From Welwitschia mirabilis (lineage: Eukaryota), in assembly GCA_051453625.1 (NCBI GenBank), contig JBOZIK010000001.1:44760139-44800090 (forward strand): 39,952 bases of DNA. The letters are read 5' to 3'. Below, one piece after another: positions 24,725-36,818 of this stretch. The position numbers were made by a program, and so were the translations under genes. Below the pieces are notes generated by a model. The model did not search any database, was not told where the DNA came from, and worked only from the letters and a program-made list of their open reading frames with translations. Numbering within the stretch: position 1 is the stretch's first letter; each line of letters opens with the position of its first letter.

Positions 24725-26136
24725 TAACAAGGCTAGACTATATCTAAAAATTCTTAAAATAGTTAACTAGATTCAACAAAATCCTCAAAAATAAACTAAA
24801 ATATTAATTAAATACTAGAAAAATAATACAACTTAAACTACCACAATTATGCACGGACTTAAATCATTAGAATTTTCATAAGGAAATTTTTTTCTTTCTG
24901 ATTTTGACTCATAATAAAGACTTTAAATGAGGACACAAACTTTATAAAAGATTGCTATTCCTAGCAAAAATATGCTCTAATAGGATTCTACTTATAGACA
25001 ATAGTCTATAGAATGTGGGGAAAATGAAATAACTAAAAGAAAGAAAACACAGCCAGATCACATACACCCATTATTTCTAGCTGACACATCATCTTAATAT
25101 CAACTCTAGGTAACATCAATATTAAGAGCAATAAAGGTTAGCATGCAACTTTATCAAATCACATACTTTAGTAACATAAGATTATTTTTAGAATAATACA
25201 ATGTTTATTACTTGACAAGAAAATACAAATATGAACTTTCCCTGTGTTTTCATAATAGGTACTAAGGNNNNNNNNNNNNNNNNNNNNNNNNNNNNNNNNN
25301 NNNNNNNNNNNNNNNNNNNNNNNNNNNNNNNNNNNNNNNNNNNNNNNNNNNNNNNNNNNNNNNNNNNAGACTTAAATCATTAGAATTTTCATAAGGAAAT
25401 TTTTCTCTTTTTGATTTTGACTCATAATAAAGAATTTAAATAAGGATACGAACTTTATCAAAAATTACTATTCCTAGAAAAAATATACTCTGATAGGATT
25501 CTACTTATAGATAATAGTCTATAGAATGTGGGGAAAATGAAATAACTAAAAGAAAGGAAATACATCCAGATCACATACACCCATTATTTCTAGCTGATAC
25601 ATCAGCTTAATATCAACTCTAGGTATCATCAATATTAAGAGAAATAAAGGTTAACATGCAACTTTATCAAATCACATACTTCAGTAACATAAGATTCTTT
25701 TTAGAATAACACAACTTTTATTACTTAACAAGAAAATACAAAATGCACTTTTCCTGTGTTTCCACAAAAGGTACTAGAGCTTTATAAAATCACTTTACAG
25801 CTCTTTCTCTTATAATCTCTTCATTTGAATGTGATTTCTAGCTTTTCTCTATGACTTCAAAAAGCTCCCCTCACTTTCTGCTATGTGCCTATTTATAAGT
25901 GTAGTAGAATAAAGGTTGTTACTCCTTTCTTCATGCTACTTGTCTAGTTGTTGTAACTGCTTCCCTTTTTATACCACATCTCTCTCTTAACTGACCTACA
26001 TCATAAAGTTAACTCATAAGAACTCATAATGTATTATAATAATGTTATAATATTGGCTAATAATTTATCATATCCTTCATTAGAGACATCATAATGTACA
26101 TTCTTCTCTAAGTCATCATTCTTTCCTAAGTTACCA
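24725..26136 (-). repeat. 5' LTR of element A (contains a gap-flanking ~400-bp duplicate and an 18-bp terminal duplication)
   Basis: Colinear with 11632-12514; 24856-25267 is repeated at 25368-~25780. Confidence 0.88.
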
Positions 26137-26221
26137 ATACACTATCTTAATATTAACTCTAGCTAATATCAATATTAAGAGCAAGAAAAAAAATCATGTA
26201 ACTTTTTCAAACTATAGACTT

Positions 26222-27290
26222 CGAGTATCTTTATGGTCTTTCATCTTATTTCTTGTATGATTTTATGGTTTTCATTTCATTCTTGTGTGATTCTTGATTT
26301 TTCATTTATTTTCTTACACAGTCCTTATTTTTGCATCTTGAATAGTTCTTATTTTGAATGACTTCAATATTCATGTAATTTTTTAATATTATTCTATCAA
26401 TGAGGTTTGCATAATCTATTTAAACTACATACACTTGATGTTAGTGTTGTTTATGTAATTGTATTGCAACCATTCCTATCTTATCTAAGTCTTGTGATGA
26501 GTTATTGATTTGGCTTCTTTTGGTTATTGACATTAGCAAATGATTAAAGAAGGAAGCTAAAACTAGCCAAGGTAACTAGTTTTTCAAAATTCAAGGATTG
26601 ATACTCTTTGAAGGAAGTATCAAGGTCTTGGGACTGAACTTCTAATATGAATATGAAAAATTTGACCAATTTACCATTTATTCCTCCTATATTGTATGCA
26701 ACTAGATTACTATAATCTATTAAGAAGTAATAGTAAAATAAGATAAACTTCAAATGGAGCCTTGGTTATTACTAATTTGTTCTGTTTATCCCTTTTTTTC
26801 TTGAGAACCCTTTATCATTCCATACCTTATCATGGACCATACTAGGAACTGTGAAGATTCTAGTTCTCACACCATGTTGTTTGTGTTGAACAAGTGGTTG
26901 AGTGAAGCACAAAAAAGGATAATTTATCTTGCTAATAAGGGCATTTGAAAATGTTATTTTTTCATCTTATGCATAATAAATTGTTAAGATAGAGTAATTT
27001 ATTCATCCTTGTATCTTACAATTGTATCTTGTGGTTGAATTTTGACATACCATGTCAATATGATAGTTGTGTTACTCTAGGAATAAAGAAGAGCCTATTT
27101 TATCTTGTATTTAAGCATTATATGAGTTATTTATCTTTCTTTTCCACAAAAGTTAATTATGAATGTTTTTGTTTATGCATATAGATTCATTCAAGAGCTG
27201 TTGACTTAAATATTTAATAAAAGCATTTGTAAAAGTTTTAATCTTTTAGTTGTGGAAAATTAAAATATTACATTTACCTTCTCCAGGGTT
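26222..27290. other. Unrelated ~1.07-kb segment inside element B, possibly a truncated Copia-type LTR
   Basis: No similarity by eye to element A. Ends near CATTTACCTTCTCCAGG, weakly like the ATTCACCCCCTCTAG LTR end. Confidence 0.35.
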
Positions 27291-29400
27291 TTGTTGGATA
27301 TCCTAGTGATTTTATTCTACTCTTTTTCTATCTTTTGTATGACTTCATTTATAAATTTTTCATAACCATCGAAGTAACTATATTATTTTTAGGAATAAAA
27401 ATGCATGTTCCTTGGTACCATTAATTCCCCCATTTCCAAATCCTATTCTCTTTCCCAGTTAGACTTCTAAAAGTTTATTTTCATAAAGTAGATTATTTTT
27501 TCTTTCTTAAGCTTTTTAATTAAGTTCAACAAGCTAGGAGGAACTAATATTTCTTTAATGGCATCCAAAATTTAATACATGAAAATCTAATTAGTCACTA
27601 GAGTTATTTTTCGTGGAGTAGGTTGTAGAATTCTTTCTAAGATTGGAGACAATTCATTTTTCAAAACCTTTATTAGGATTTAATCTGATAAAGAATAATC
27701 AATGGGTATATAATAAGGAGGAGTTTATTCTAGCTTTTCTTAAAAGAAAGTAATGCTTTTTTCTTACATTTCAATTTTCTCCTACATAATACACACTTAT
27801 TCCAAGGATTCTGTTCATTTTTGCTTTTATTTATTATTTTTCTCCTAAATTTTTATATGCTTTTTATGCATCCCTCTCCATCCATATAAATTTTCTTAGA
27901 ATATTATTTCTTTAAAAGTAGGGATGAGTTGTTATGCATAAAAGTAATAAGTTCTTATTGCATTTTAATGAATTTAGTATCATAATGTTTACTATAAGCC
28001 ATTGTTTTCAGAAGTTCCAATAAAAAATCTTTTGAGTTCTTGCTCTAATTTCTCAATTTGACTTAAGAATTATCTCAAGAGGACCAATCCATCTTTGTTA
28101 ATTAAAAATGAAAGATTAATCTCTTCTTTAACTACTGCTTCGCCCCTTTTGCTTTATTGCATTTTCCTTTCCAAAAAGAAATTTTATCTTTGCATAATTT
28201 ATTCTCTAGTTTAAAAGATTTAATTTTTTCCTTCAAATAAATATTTTATTCCTATGGCTCATTCTATTTTAGAAGGAAGATGATTAAAGAATTTATAGCA
28301 ATAGATAAAGAATTCATGCTATCTTCTTTTAGTGACTTTATAAAGGATTTTATTTCCTTTTATAGACCTAACTGCTATAAAGTAAATGTATATACTTGTT
28401 CTCTAGAAGGCTTTAAGGGTTATGTTGGAATTTGCATCACTATGTGACTAGTTAAAGATGTCTCTTATATGCCCAAAATGCTAAAGGGTATCAAAACTCT
28501 AAATAAGGATGTAACTAAAAGTTTCATTCTACTTCTTTTTCTCGAAAAAAATTGTGGAACATTTATATTTAAAAGAATCCTTCTAATTAGTAAGGAAAAT
28601 CCTAGTTCTTCCTTTAATTTTTGATACTAATGTATATAAATATTAAAAGATGCTAATTCTAATGTTAATATTTCCACTCGATGGATCTTTGATGACATTT
28701 GTTAAGTGTATGTCTGTTACACTCATGTTCTTTTACTTATTAATTATTAGGGCTAGGTTAAAAAATATCATTCTAGACATGATAAATGCCTTGGAATCCT
28801 TTACCTTATTAATGTCAAATCATCCATCTTTATTAGTGTACTATGAAAATGTTTCATATATAAGATGATGTCCTCATTTTTATGTGTTTTTAATAATAAT
28901 ATTCCCCTAGATGGTACTCTAAGAATCATCCTTATTTCATTTAGTGAAATCTAAATGGGCACATTATTGACTGATGAGTATAATGTTGATGGTTCCTTTG
29001 AAAATATCATATTTTTATTAAAAAGTATACTTCTTTATTAATATACTTTTCTAAAATGTTAACTAGTTTCACCAATTAAGTTCAATTATTCATTATCAGA
29101 GTCTAGTAAAACTAGGATATTTTAGAAGTTTTTTAAAATTTGAACTATGAATAATTTCAACTTTTGCAGAAGACATTTTATGATTTATCTTTGAAGTCCA
29201 ATTTCTTTCTTGTATGAAATGCTTATACAAGAATTATTATTAAACTCTAAGTTCTCACCTGATATCTTATTGAATAAAATAAAATGCATTTTAAAGAACT
29301 CAAGTTGTTTAACTATGGAAAGGAACATTTCTAATTCAAATTCTTTAATCTAAAATCACATTTTTTTCCCTTATGAAAGGAACAACAAAGAAGTTTTAAA
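27290..29400 (-). pseudogene. Sense extra ORF of element B: PF20167-like domain plus coiled-coil
   Basis: KNMIFSKEPSTLYSSVNNVPI*ISLNEIRMILRVPSRG; RMIFFNLALII..IKDPSSGNINIRISIF; LGFSLLIRRIL; YTFTL*QLGL; FLSQIEKLEQELKR; ILDAIKEILV. Confidence 0.7.
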
Positions 29401-29629
29401 TGATATTTTTACATGTAATTGGAAGATGATAAAGCAGATAATTCACTAAAAATAAACTTAGAATAAATAACTTACCTATTAGGACATTCTAATTATAGAA
29501 TTTTGAAGCTCCTTACCACATGTAAATGTTTGATTTTATATATTTTATAATAAAGGATTGATTAAAGTTGTTAAAGGGGGTATTAATAAAATATTCTATA
29601 AAAGTATGTTTTTATCTATTTCTCCCATT

Positions 29630-30645
29630 AAGGCTTAAAGGGGACCTTCAACCATTCGAAGGAGTCCTTTGAGTAACAATTACATCTTTTAAGGGAATCT
29701 CTAAGAAACAAAGGTTTTTTAAAGTAGTCCTTCGAGTATTAATTACTTTCTAGAAGGATTCCTTTAAACTAGTAAGACAACTTAGTAGAGTAGAAACTAT
29801 AGATTCTTGCTTTAATTTCAGTGTTTCAAACTACTCAAAATTATCACCTTTAATCTCTTAATTGCATAAATATGATCATAGCTCCTCTATCTTACAAAAA
29901 AACTTTATATTCTATATACCATGGATTTTTTGGTGTAGATTTCATGAATCCCTGAACAAGAAATCCTCTTAAGAGAATTTCTTATGAAAATCAAACATGT
30001 TTGCTACTACTTATATTACCCTTTTATTTCATAGATGTTTTTCTCTTACTAGTAAAATTTATTTTCATAATATTTATTTCATTCAACTTTTTATTCATTT
30101 GTACTCCATAAGATACCATTTGCATTTTATCATAGTATTTGTCCATTTTATTAGATATTCTACTTAGCTTTTTTAAGATAAGCTTTCTGGTCAAAAATTA
30201 GTCCACAAAATCTCTTTTGAGTTTGAGTAGCAATTACTTTCTTAAAGGTAAACTTTGAGTAATGATGGTTGTTCAAAGAAGTCCTTTGAGTATAAATTAC
30301 TTATTTAAAAGAGTTTTCTAAGAAAAACTGATCTCAAAGAAGTTTTTTAAGTAATCAAGGATTACTCGAGGCAAAGCTCAAAGGGAATCTTTAGGTAATG
30401 AAGGTTACTCAAGGGGGTCTTCGAGTTCATGCTCAGAGTGAAAAGGGAATAATAAAGAAGAAAAAACATAAGAGGTTTATAAAGATACTGTTGAAGCAGG
30501 TTATCCATCTGTCAAAGGGGTCTTCGATAGAAGACATGTACCTTTTAACACATCATCAAAAATATATTCTTTATTTTACTCAAGGATTCAAAGGAAATAT
30601 TTGAGCAAGAAAGCTTAATCGAAGAGGATTCTTTAAATTAGTAAG
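29630..30645. repeat. Hairpin repeat clusters in element B
   Basis: ATTCGAAGGAGTCCTTTGAGTAA (~29654), AAAGTAGTCCTTCGAGTA (~29721), TTACTCAAGGGGGTCTTCGAG (~30405). About 31-bp period within clusters. Confidence 0.75.
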
Positions 30646-30919
30646 GCTGACTAGAGATAAAGTCGCAATTGGCATGGCATTTATAATTCAATTAGAAGAA
30701 GCAAAGTTTGATCTAATATTTTCTCAATAAAATAAATCTTCTCTAATAGCTCATAAATCATCATATTAGGTGTGTTTAAGACTCACTCAAACCTGAAATT
30801 ATAAATGTTTTTTTTTCACTATTGCTTTTTAGATGTAAATATACTGCAATGCCTTAAATAATTTCACTTAAAAAAAATTTCCCAAACTAAATCAAGTTCT
30901 CTTAATATCTATAATAGAA

Positions 30920-31585
30920 ATGGCCTCTAATTCCCATGACCTACCCACTCCTCCTACTACGTCTTTTCCTATTAAGAAATACAAATCCTACTTGTTTATC
31001 TTAGGATCCTCTAACATAGAGATGAACATTATGAGTGTAGGTAAGGCTTCTTCACAGATTTTTGTGTAAAGTATTTACAATTATAATCTTCCTTCCTATA
31101 GTTTATTTTCTGAGCTATTCAATTCCTTGGGTGACATCTTCTAATAGAATGGAAGGAATTAATTCATCCATGAAGAAATTCCATCCTACTTTATTCCCAT
31201 AGTTCATCATTTATATATATAGTGTTTGATAATCTAGGCTGTCAATCTAAGTTTTTCTCTACCTGATGAGTCCAATAGATATAATGCTTCTATAGGGCAT
31301 TTTGTAGTTCAAATTTATGAGTTAGAGTAAAGGATACAAAAAATGAAAGATAAAAATCTAGCTCTAAGCCTTTTCACTCTCTCTTTTTATGAGGATTGCC
31401 TAAAAATATAAGGATCCTATGATGACTCAACTTATTCGAACTTCTAGGATGTCCATGCTATATAGATTGGAATTTTTACTCTCCACTACTTGCATTTGCT
31501 TCTTTCCATAGAAAATTATATTAAAGAAGATCTAGGAGGAAGAATAAGTATAAGGACCAATTTTTTAGAGATCATTTTAGATTAA
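30920..31585 (+). pseudogene. Antisense extra ORF of element B, unknown product
   Basis: MASNSHDLPTPPTTSFPIKKYKSYLFILGSSNIEMNIM..NLPSYS..PIVHHLYI..QIYELE*RIQKMKDKNLALSL..DDSTY..IGI..YLHLL. Confidence 0.65.
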
Positions 31586-32218
31586 GTTTAGTTGATTTTA
31601 CCTTTTTTTTCTTAGTTGCTATCTATCTAGCTTTACCTGCTTTTACAGAATAAACATATTTTCTAGTTAAAACTCTTTTTATTAAAAGACATAAAGACTA
31701 TTATTAGCTATATTATGAAATAAAAAGTATTTTATCATATTAATTGGCTACTTTTATTTTAGTACTCATTTTTGCTCTATTAAAATATAAATATTAGTTA
31801 AATGTCAACCCCTTTTATCTTTATAAAAACTTATTACTTTAAGATAAATAGAAGATAGATACATTTATTCAAATGTTTTGAATGTTAAAATAAAATAATG
31901 TATCCTATGTAATATTTACTTTCCATTTTGAGGTTTACTTAGCTTGAAGAAAATATTGGAGACTAAACATTCCTTAGATGATACCTCGAGAGTGATTATC
32001 TTCTTTATAATTTCAAGCCAAACAGCCTCTATTTTAAGAAAAATTTTTATAATGAGAAGAGTGCAATCACTGTCATAGGAATAAGGACTTATAAAATTAT
32101 AAACTCAGATCATGGATAGCTAATTCCTTAGTGGATTTTTCGCAACTACCTTATTACACTACCAAAGGTCCCTCTTGGAAATATTTACTTTGTTGTACTT
32201 ATGGTAGGACATTTCGAT

Positions 32219-32225
32219 TTCTTCT

Positions 32226-32256
<31 letters not shown>
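32219..32256. repeat. (TTC)n microsatellite
   Basis: About ten perfect TTC units followed by degenerate ones. Confidence 0.9.
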
Positions 32257-32562
32257 ATTATTTTCCTTCTAATAGAATAATAGGATAAATGATTGCATAG
32301 ATACCTTTATTTTCCTTTATCACTTAATCGTTCTTATCATTTGTAACTTCTTTCTTCTTGAAGTCTTATTGATTCTTGTAAGAGACACTTTCACTTCTCA
32401 AACAAAAATTCTTATAATTTAAATAACATCCATTTTCCTTTATTAAAATTAAAACCTTATAACATACTATTTATTTATTTGTTTATTGATTTATCATTAT
32501 TATTATTTCTAATTTTTTTTAATTTTATATTTTAAATTAAATATATGAATGAAGACATATGG

Positions 32563-33548
32563 CTAGAATTCTTTCCACCTTATAAGCTTGTCCAAATCTC
32601 TTCTAAAAGTAAAATTCTTTTCTATAAGTCTTAATTCTATGACCATTGACCTAATATGTATCTTTAGTTTCTTCATTAAACATACTTCCATTACTCCATT
32701 AGGTAAACTTTTTGTTAAATTATATGGTGCAATCCATTTTTTAGTGTACTTTTGTTTAGAGGAGATATATTTAGAATTAAAAACCAAAACTTTATTTCTA
32801 ATTTTGAAATTATTTTTTTAAACATTATGGTCATTCCATGCTTTTAATTATTTTTGGAATAATTCTTTTCTTATCAAGGCTTCTTCTATATATTTATTAA
32901 TTTATTCATGTTCTAGATCCATACTTTTTGAGTTTTGTCGAAATTATGATCTAATTATTTAGCCAATTTATAGGATGTTAATGTTAATTCAATAGGCAAG
33001 GTTTTTTTTTTTTTTTTACCATAAACTAACTCATAGGATTTCAAACCTTCCAAGTTATCCTAGAGGCCCATAAAGCTTAGATAATTTCATATGCCTAATT
33101 ATTTCTTTTAGTATTCACTTTTTTAGTTAGAATTTGGTTTAATTCCCTATTGGTAACCTTAGCCTAATTGTTGGATTGGGGGTAATACGCAGAGGAGAGC
33201 TTATGATGTAACTCTATACTTAAACAAAAACTTTTCAAAGGCTTGACTATTAAAATAGGTCCCTCTATCTAATATAAGACTTCTAGGCATACCAAATCTA
33301 TGAAAGACATTCTTAGAAAATAATTTAACTATGGTTTCAATGTAATAGTTAAGAATAGCTTTAGCTTCAGTTCATTTAGTCAAATAATCCACATAAGATA
33401 GAATGTATTCTTTTCCATATGATTTTAAATTAATGGGATGAATTAAATCTATTTCCCAAATATTAAAGGACTCTAAGGCTTGAATTTATTATTGGAGCAT
33501 TTCCATCACCTTTGATCATACTTCCTTTCTTTTATACTTCTCATACCC
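32563..33548 (-). pseudogene. Integrase core and C-terminus of element B
   Basis: Colinear with A 17960-19100; RFGMPRSLILDRGTYF, VFNSKY..KKWIAPY. Confidence 0.85.
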
Positions 33549-34502
33549 TGATGAGGATGAATTTTAATGTAAATTATGCTTATTAATGAAGTGTTTTCAT
33601 TATCTTAATCATGAATTTTAAATAATAATAGATGTTTTTATTTCTCAATATAATTACTAACTAATAGGTTAGTTAGTTAGTTAGTATTTTAGTAGGTTAG
33701 TATGTATATTTTAAGAATGTGTTTCAAGTATAAGATACCATGTGACATAAAGATGGAAGATAAGGTTGAGGTGATGAAGAAGAAATAACAAACTCCAACC
33801 ATATACCTATTCCTAAAGAGTAGAAAATGGAAACAAAAAAATAAATAAGGTTATAAGAATAGGATCACCATCAAAGGTAAGGATATTTTTAACAAAACAT
33901 TCTAAGAATAGACAAGATAAGAAGGTCAAGAAATGGAGCTCCAGCTATCCTACAAAGGGCACAATAGCATTTCCCATATTATATAGTATTACTTACAATG
34001 AAGAACAAAAGCCTTAGTGTATCTTTATGTAACAATTGGTATTTCAATATATAGCTAAAAAGAATATTTGAGTATCATTGTGTGCATACTTTGTTACTTG
34101 AAAAAGTAATATGATCCTCATTTGCTTCTGTTTGTATAGTCGAACATAAATTAGGATAATTAATAACACTTAGAAATAAGTATTATCCAATATCTTATTT
34201 AAATTATATCATGCTTTATTACTTTTACTATTCCCCCTTGATGTAATATATATACATAATAATTTAGTAGTAATAAACCAATTAGACTAGTTCAAGTAAA
34301 TTCATTATAAGACTATTATGATAATGCACTTTGAACCAAACGGTTGAATGTCAACAAGTTCTTTAGTAAGCCTTTAGTTATTTTTATTTAATGGTGTAAA
34401 TTTATTTCTAAGTTCATAGAAACATAATTTCTACATTTTTTCAGTATTTTTTTAATTATTTAGTGATTTTTTTCACTTATTTTATCATATAAGCACCCAT
34501 CA
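33549..34502 (+). repeat. 5' LTR of element C (954 bp)
   Basis: Interrupts B's integrase abruptly at TGATG (33549) and ends CATCA (34498-34502) before the PBS. Confidence 0.8.
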
Positions 34503-34505
34503 TTT

Positions 34506-34522
34506 TGGTACTAGAAGGAGGA
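34506..34522 (+). promoter_or_regulatory. tRNA-Asn-type PBS of element C
   Basis: TGGTACTAGAAGGAGGA resembles TGGCGCTAGAAGGAGGG, the complement of the plant tRNA-Asn(GTT) 3' end as recalled (not looked up). Confidence 0.7.
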
Positions 34523-34546
34523 TTGTTCTAACGTCAACTAGCAGAG

Positions 34547-36011
34547 ATGAAAAAAACTATAATCTAATAAGATTGCTAAGTAAAATGATGGGATGAAAGA
34601 GGTAGGTATGTTAAAAATCCACATAAATATGGCTTAGATAAGTAGACCAAAAATAATTTTAAAATAGAGGTGGAAGAAGAAGATTTTATAGAGAATGAAG
34701 TTATTCTTAGAAAGGTGGTAAAAGAATAAATCTTTCCTAAATTGATGAATGAATTTGAGTAATTATTACATAACATTCTTATATTACCTCACTCACAAAG
34801 AGAATCTTCTCAAATGGTTCAAGTAAAAGAATGTGAAAAGAAAGTTGTAACAAGATGCTATTGGAAATATGATGGAAATTCAAAAGCATTGAATCATAAT
34901 ACCCCTTGGTTAGAAGATTTAATTCCTATTAATCTTATATCCTTACAACAAATAAACAAAATAAGAAACATAAATACTACCATAATGCCCACTTTTAAAT
35001 ATAAAAAGTTAGAATAATCCCTATTATATCTAAGCTTGTTTAATGTCTTTTATAAAGCCAACTATCTTGACTTAGAATTAGACTTTCTAAGATATTTCCT
35101 TTTTCCTAAAAGGAGATGCTCAACTATAGTATCACAGAAATTCTAACCATACCTTTAGTTCTTGGTAACTCTTAAAAATTCTTTTCTATTCAAATTTTAA
35201 CCTATGAGAATGGTTGAAGATCTAAGGAAAGAAATCTTGATTATTAAACAAAGCGATAATGAAAAATTTGATGAGTACATAGATAGATATAATATATTGT
35301 TAGCTAAATGTCCTAAACATGAAATCATTACTAGGGAATGAGTTAAAGCCTTACTTAAAAGACTGCAGAGTTAAACATTGAAAGAATTAGACTTGTTATG
35401 TAGAGGAAACATTAAGACAAAGAATGTCCAAAAAGTGGGAGAAGCCATTACTCAATTATATAACATGGGTTAAGGATGGGGATAAGAAAAAGAAAAGAAG
35501 AAAAAGGTAAATGAAGTGTATACCTCACAAGTAGATGGTAGTATGTATAGCTTAAAACATATTAGTCTTATAGAAGAAGTTGTTAAAATAATAACTAATA
35601 GTATGATAGAAAACTTTGATTGGTTAACTGTATAAGACTTTAAAAAGGAAGAAAGACCTACATGTAAATACTATGAGGAAGAAAATCATGATGGAATAGA
35701 ATGTTTTTGGATGCAATAATTTGTTCAATTACTAGATATAAATAGATTAGATTTAATTTCTAGAAATCAACCTCAAACTAGAAAGAAATCATATCCTTAT
35801 AAAAGTAGAAAAAGAAAAGGTAAAATAAAAAGACCTTTACAAAGGTATGTAAATTCAAAAAATAAAGAATAGTATGAACATAATAAAAATTTGAAAAAGA
35901 AAGATCCAAAATATTAGAGAGAAAAAATAAAAATGAAAAAAATAAGTAGAAAAGAACCCCTACTCAACCTCAACCGAATCCTAGAGAAGAAACAAGTAAA
36001 GTAGTAACTAC
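34547..36011 (+). pseudogene. gag: gag of element C
   Basis: IRNINTTIMPTFK, FYKANYLDLELDFLRYF (compare A: FFKANYLEINSDFLRYF), LAKCPKHEI, knuckle CKYYEEENHDGIEC (~35662-35704). Confidence 0.85.
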
Positions 36012-36818
36012 TAATAAGATAAATAACCCTAGGTGGAGGGGGGTGAATAGGTTTTTTTCAAAAAATTTAAGCTCAAAACAATGTAACAAAATCTAATCAG
36101 AGATTGCATAAAAATGAATAATGAAATCAAGACCATGCATATAAAGAATAAATAAAAAAATAAAAANNNNNNNNNNNNNNNNNNNNNNNNNNNNNNNNNN
36201 NNNNNNNNNNNNNNNNNNNNNNNNNNNNNNNNNNNNNNNNNNNNNNNNNNNNNNNNNNNNNNNNNNAAGTAGATGGTAGTATGTATAGCTTAAAACATAT
36301 TAGTCTTATAAAAGAAGTAGTTAAAAAAATAACTAATAGTATGATAGAAAAGTTTAATTAGTTAACTATATAACACTTTAAGGAGGAAGAAAAACCTACA
36401 TGTAAATACTATAAGGAAGAAAATCATGATGGAATAGAATGTTTTTAGATGCAAGAATTAATTTAATGACTAGATATAAATAGATTAGATTTAAATTTTA
36501 GNNNNNNNNNNNNNNNNNNNNNNNNNNNNNNNNNNNNNNNNNNNNNNNNNNNNNNNNNNNNNNNNNNNNNNNNNNNNNNNNNNNNNNNNNNNNNNNNNNN
36601 NNNNNNNNNNNNNNNNNNNNNNNNNNNNNNNNNNNNNNNNNNNNNNNNNNNNNNNNNNNNNNNNNNNNNNNNNNNNNNNNNNAAAAAAAAACCCTACTCA
36701 ACTTTAACCGAATCCTAGAGAAGCAACAAGTAAAGTAAAGTAAAGATTCAAAAGTAAAAAAAACCCCTACTTAACTTTAACCAAACCTTAGAGAAGAAAC
36801 AAGTAAAGTAATAACTAT

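Larger units (their letters stand above)
11632..26136 (-). mobile_element. Full-length degenerate Athila-lineage Ty3/gypsy element A: LTR-PBS-gag-PR-RT-RH-INT-extra region-PPT-LTR
   Basis: Paired LTRs with TG at 11632 and CA at 26135-26136, flanked by 5-bp TSD ATACA (11627-11631 and 26137-26141). Athila-type pol motifs. Length is inflated by gap-flanking duplicates. Confidence 0.9.
26137..33548 (-). mobile_element. Element B (older Athila-like relative of A): LTR remnant, extra region and integrase, interrupted by element C
   Basis: 27290-33548 is colinear with A 13090-~19100. Confidence 0.85.
33549..36818 (+). mobile_element. Athila-like element C: 5' LTR, PBS and gag, interrupted by S3; the 3' part is duplicated around gaps
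   Basis: LTR with TGATG..CATCA termini, PBS, and gag homologous to that of element A. Confidence 0.85.
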
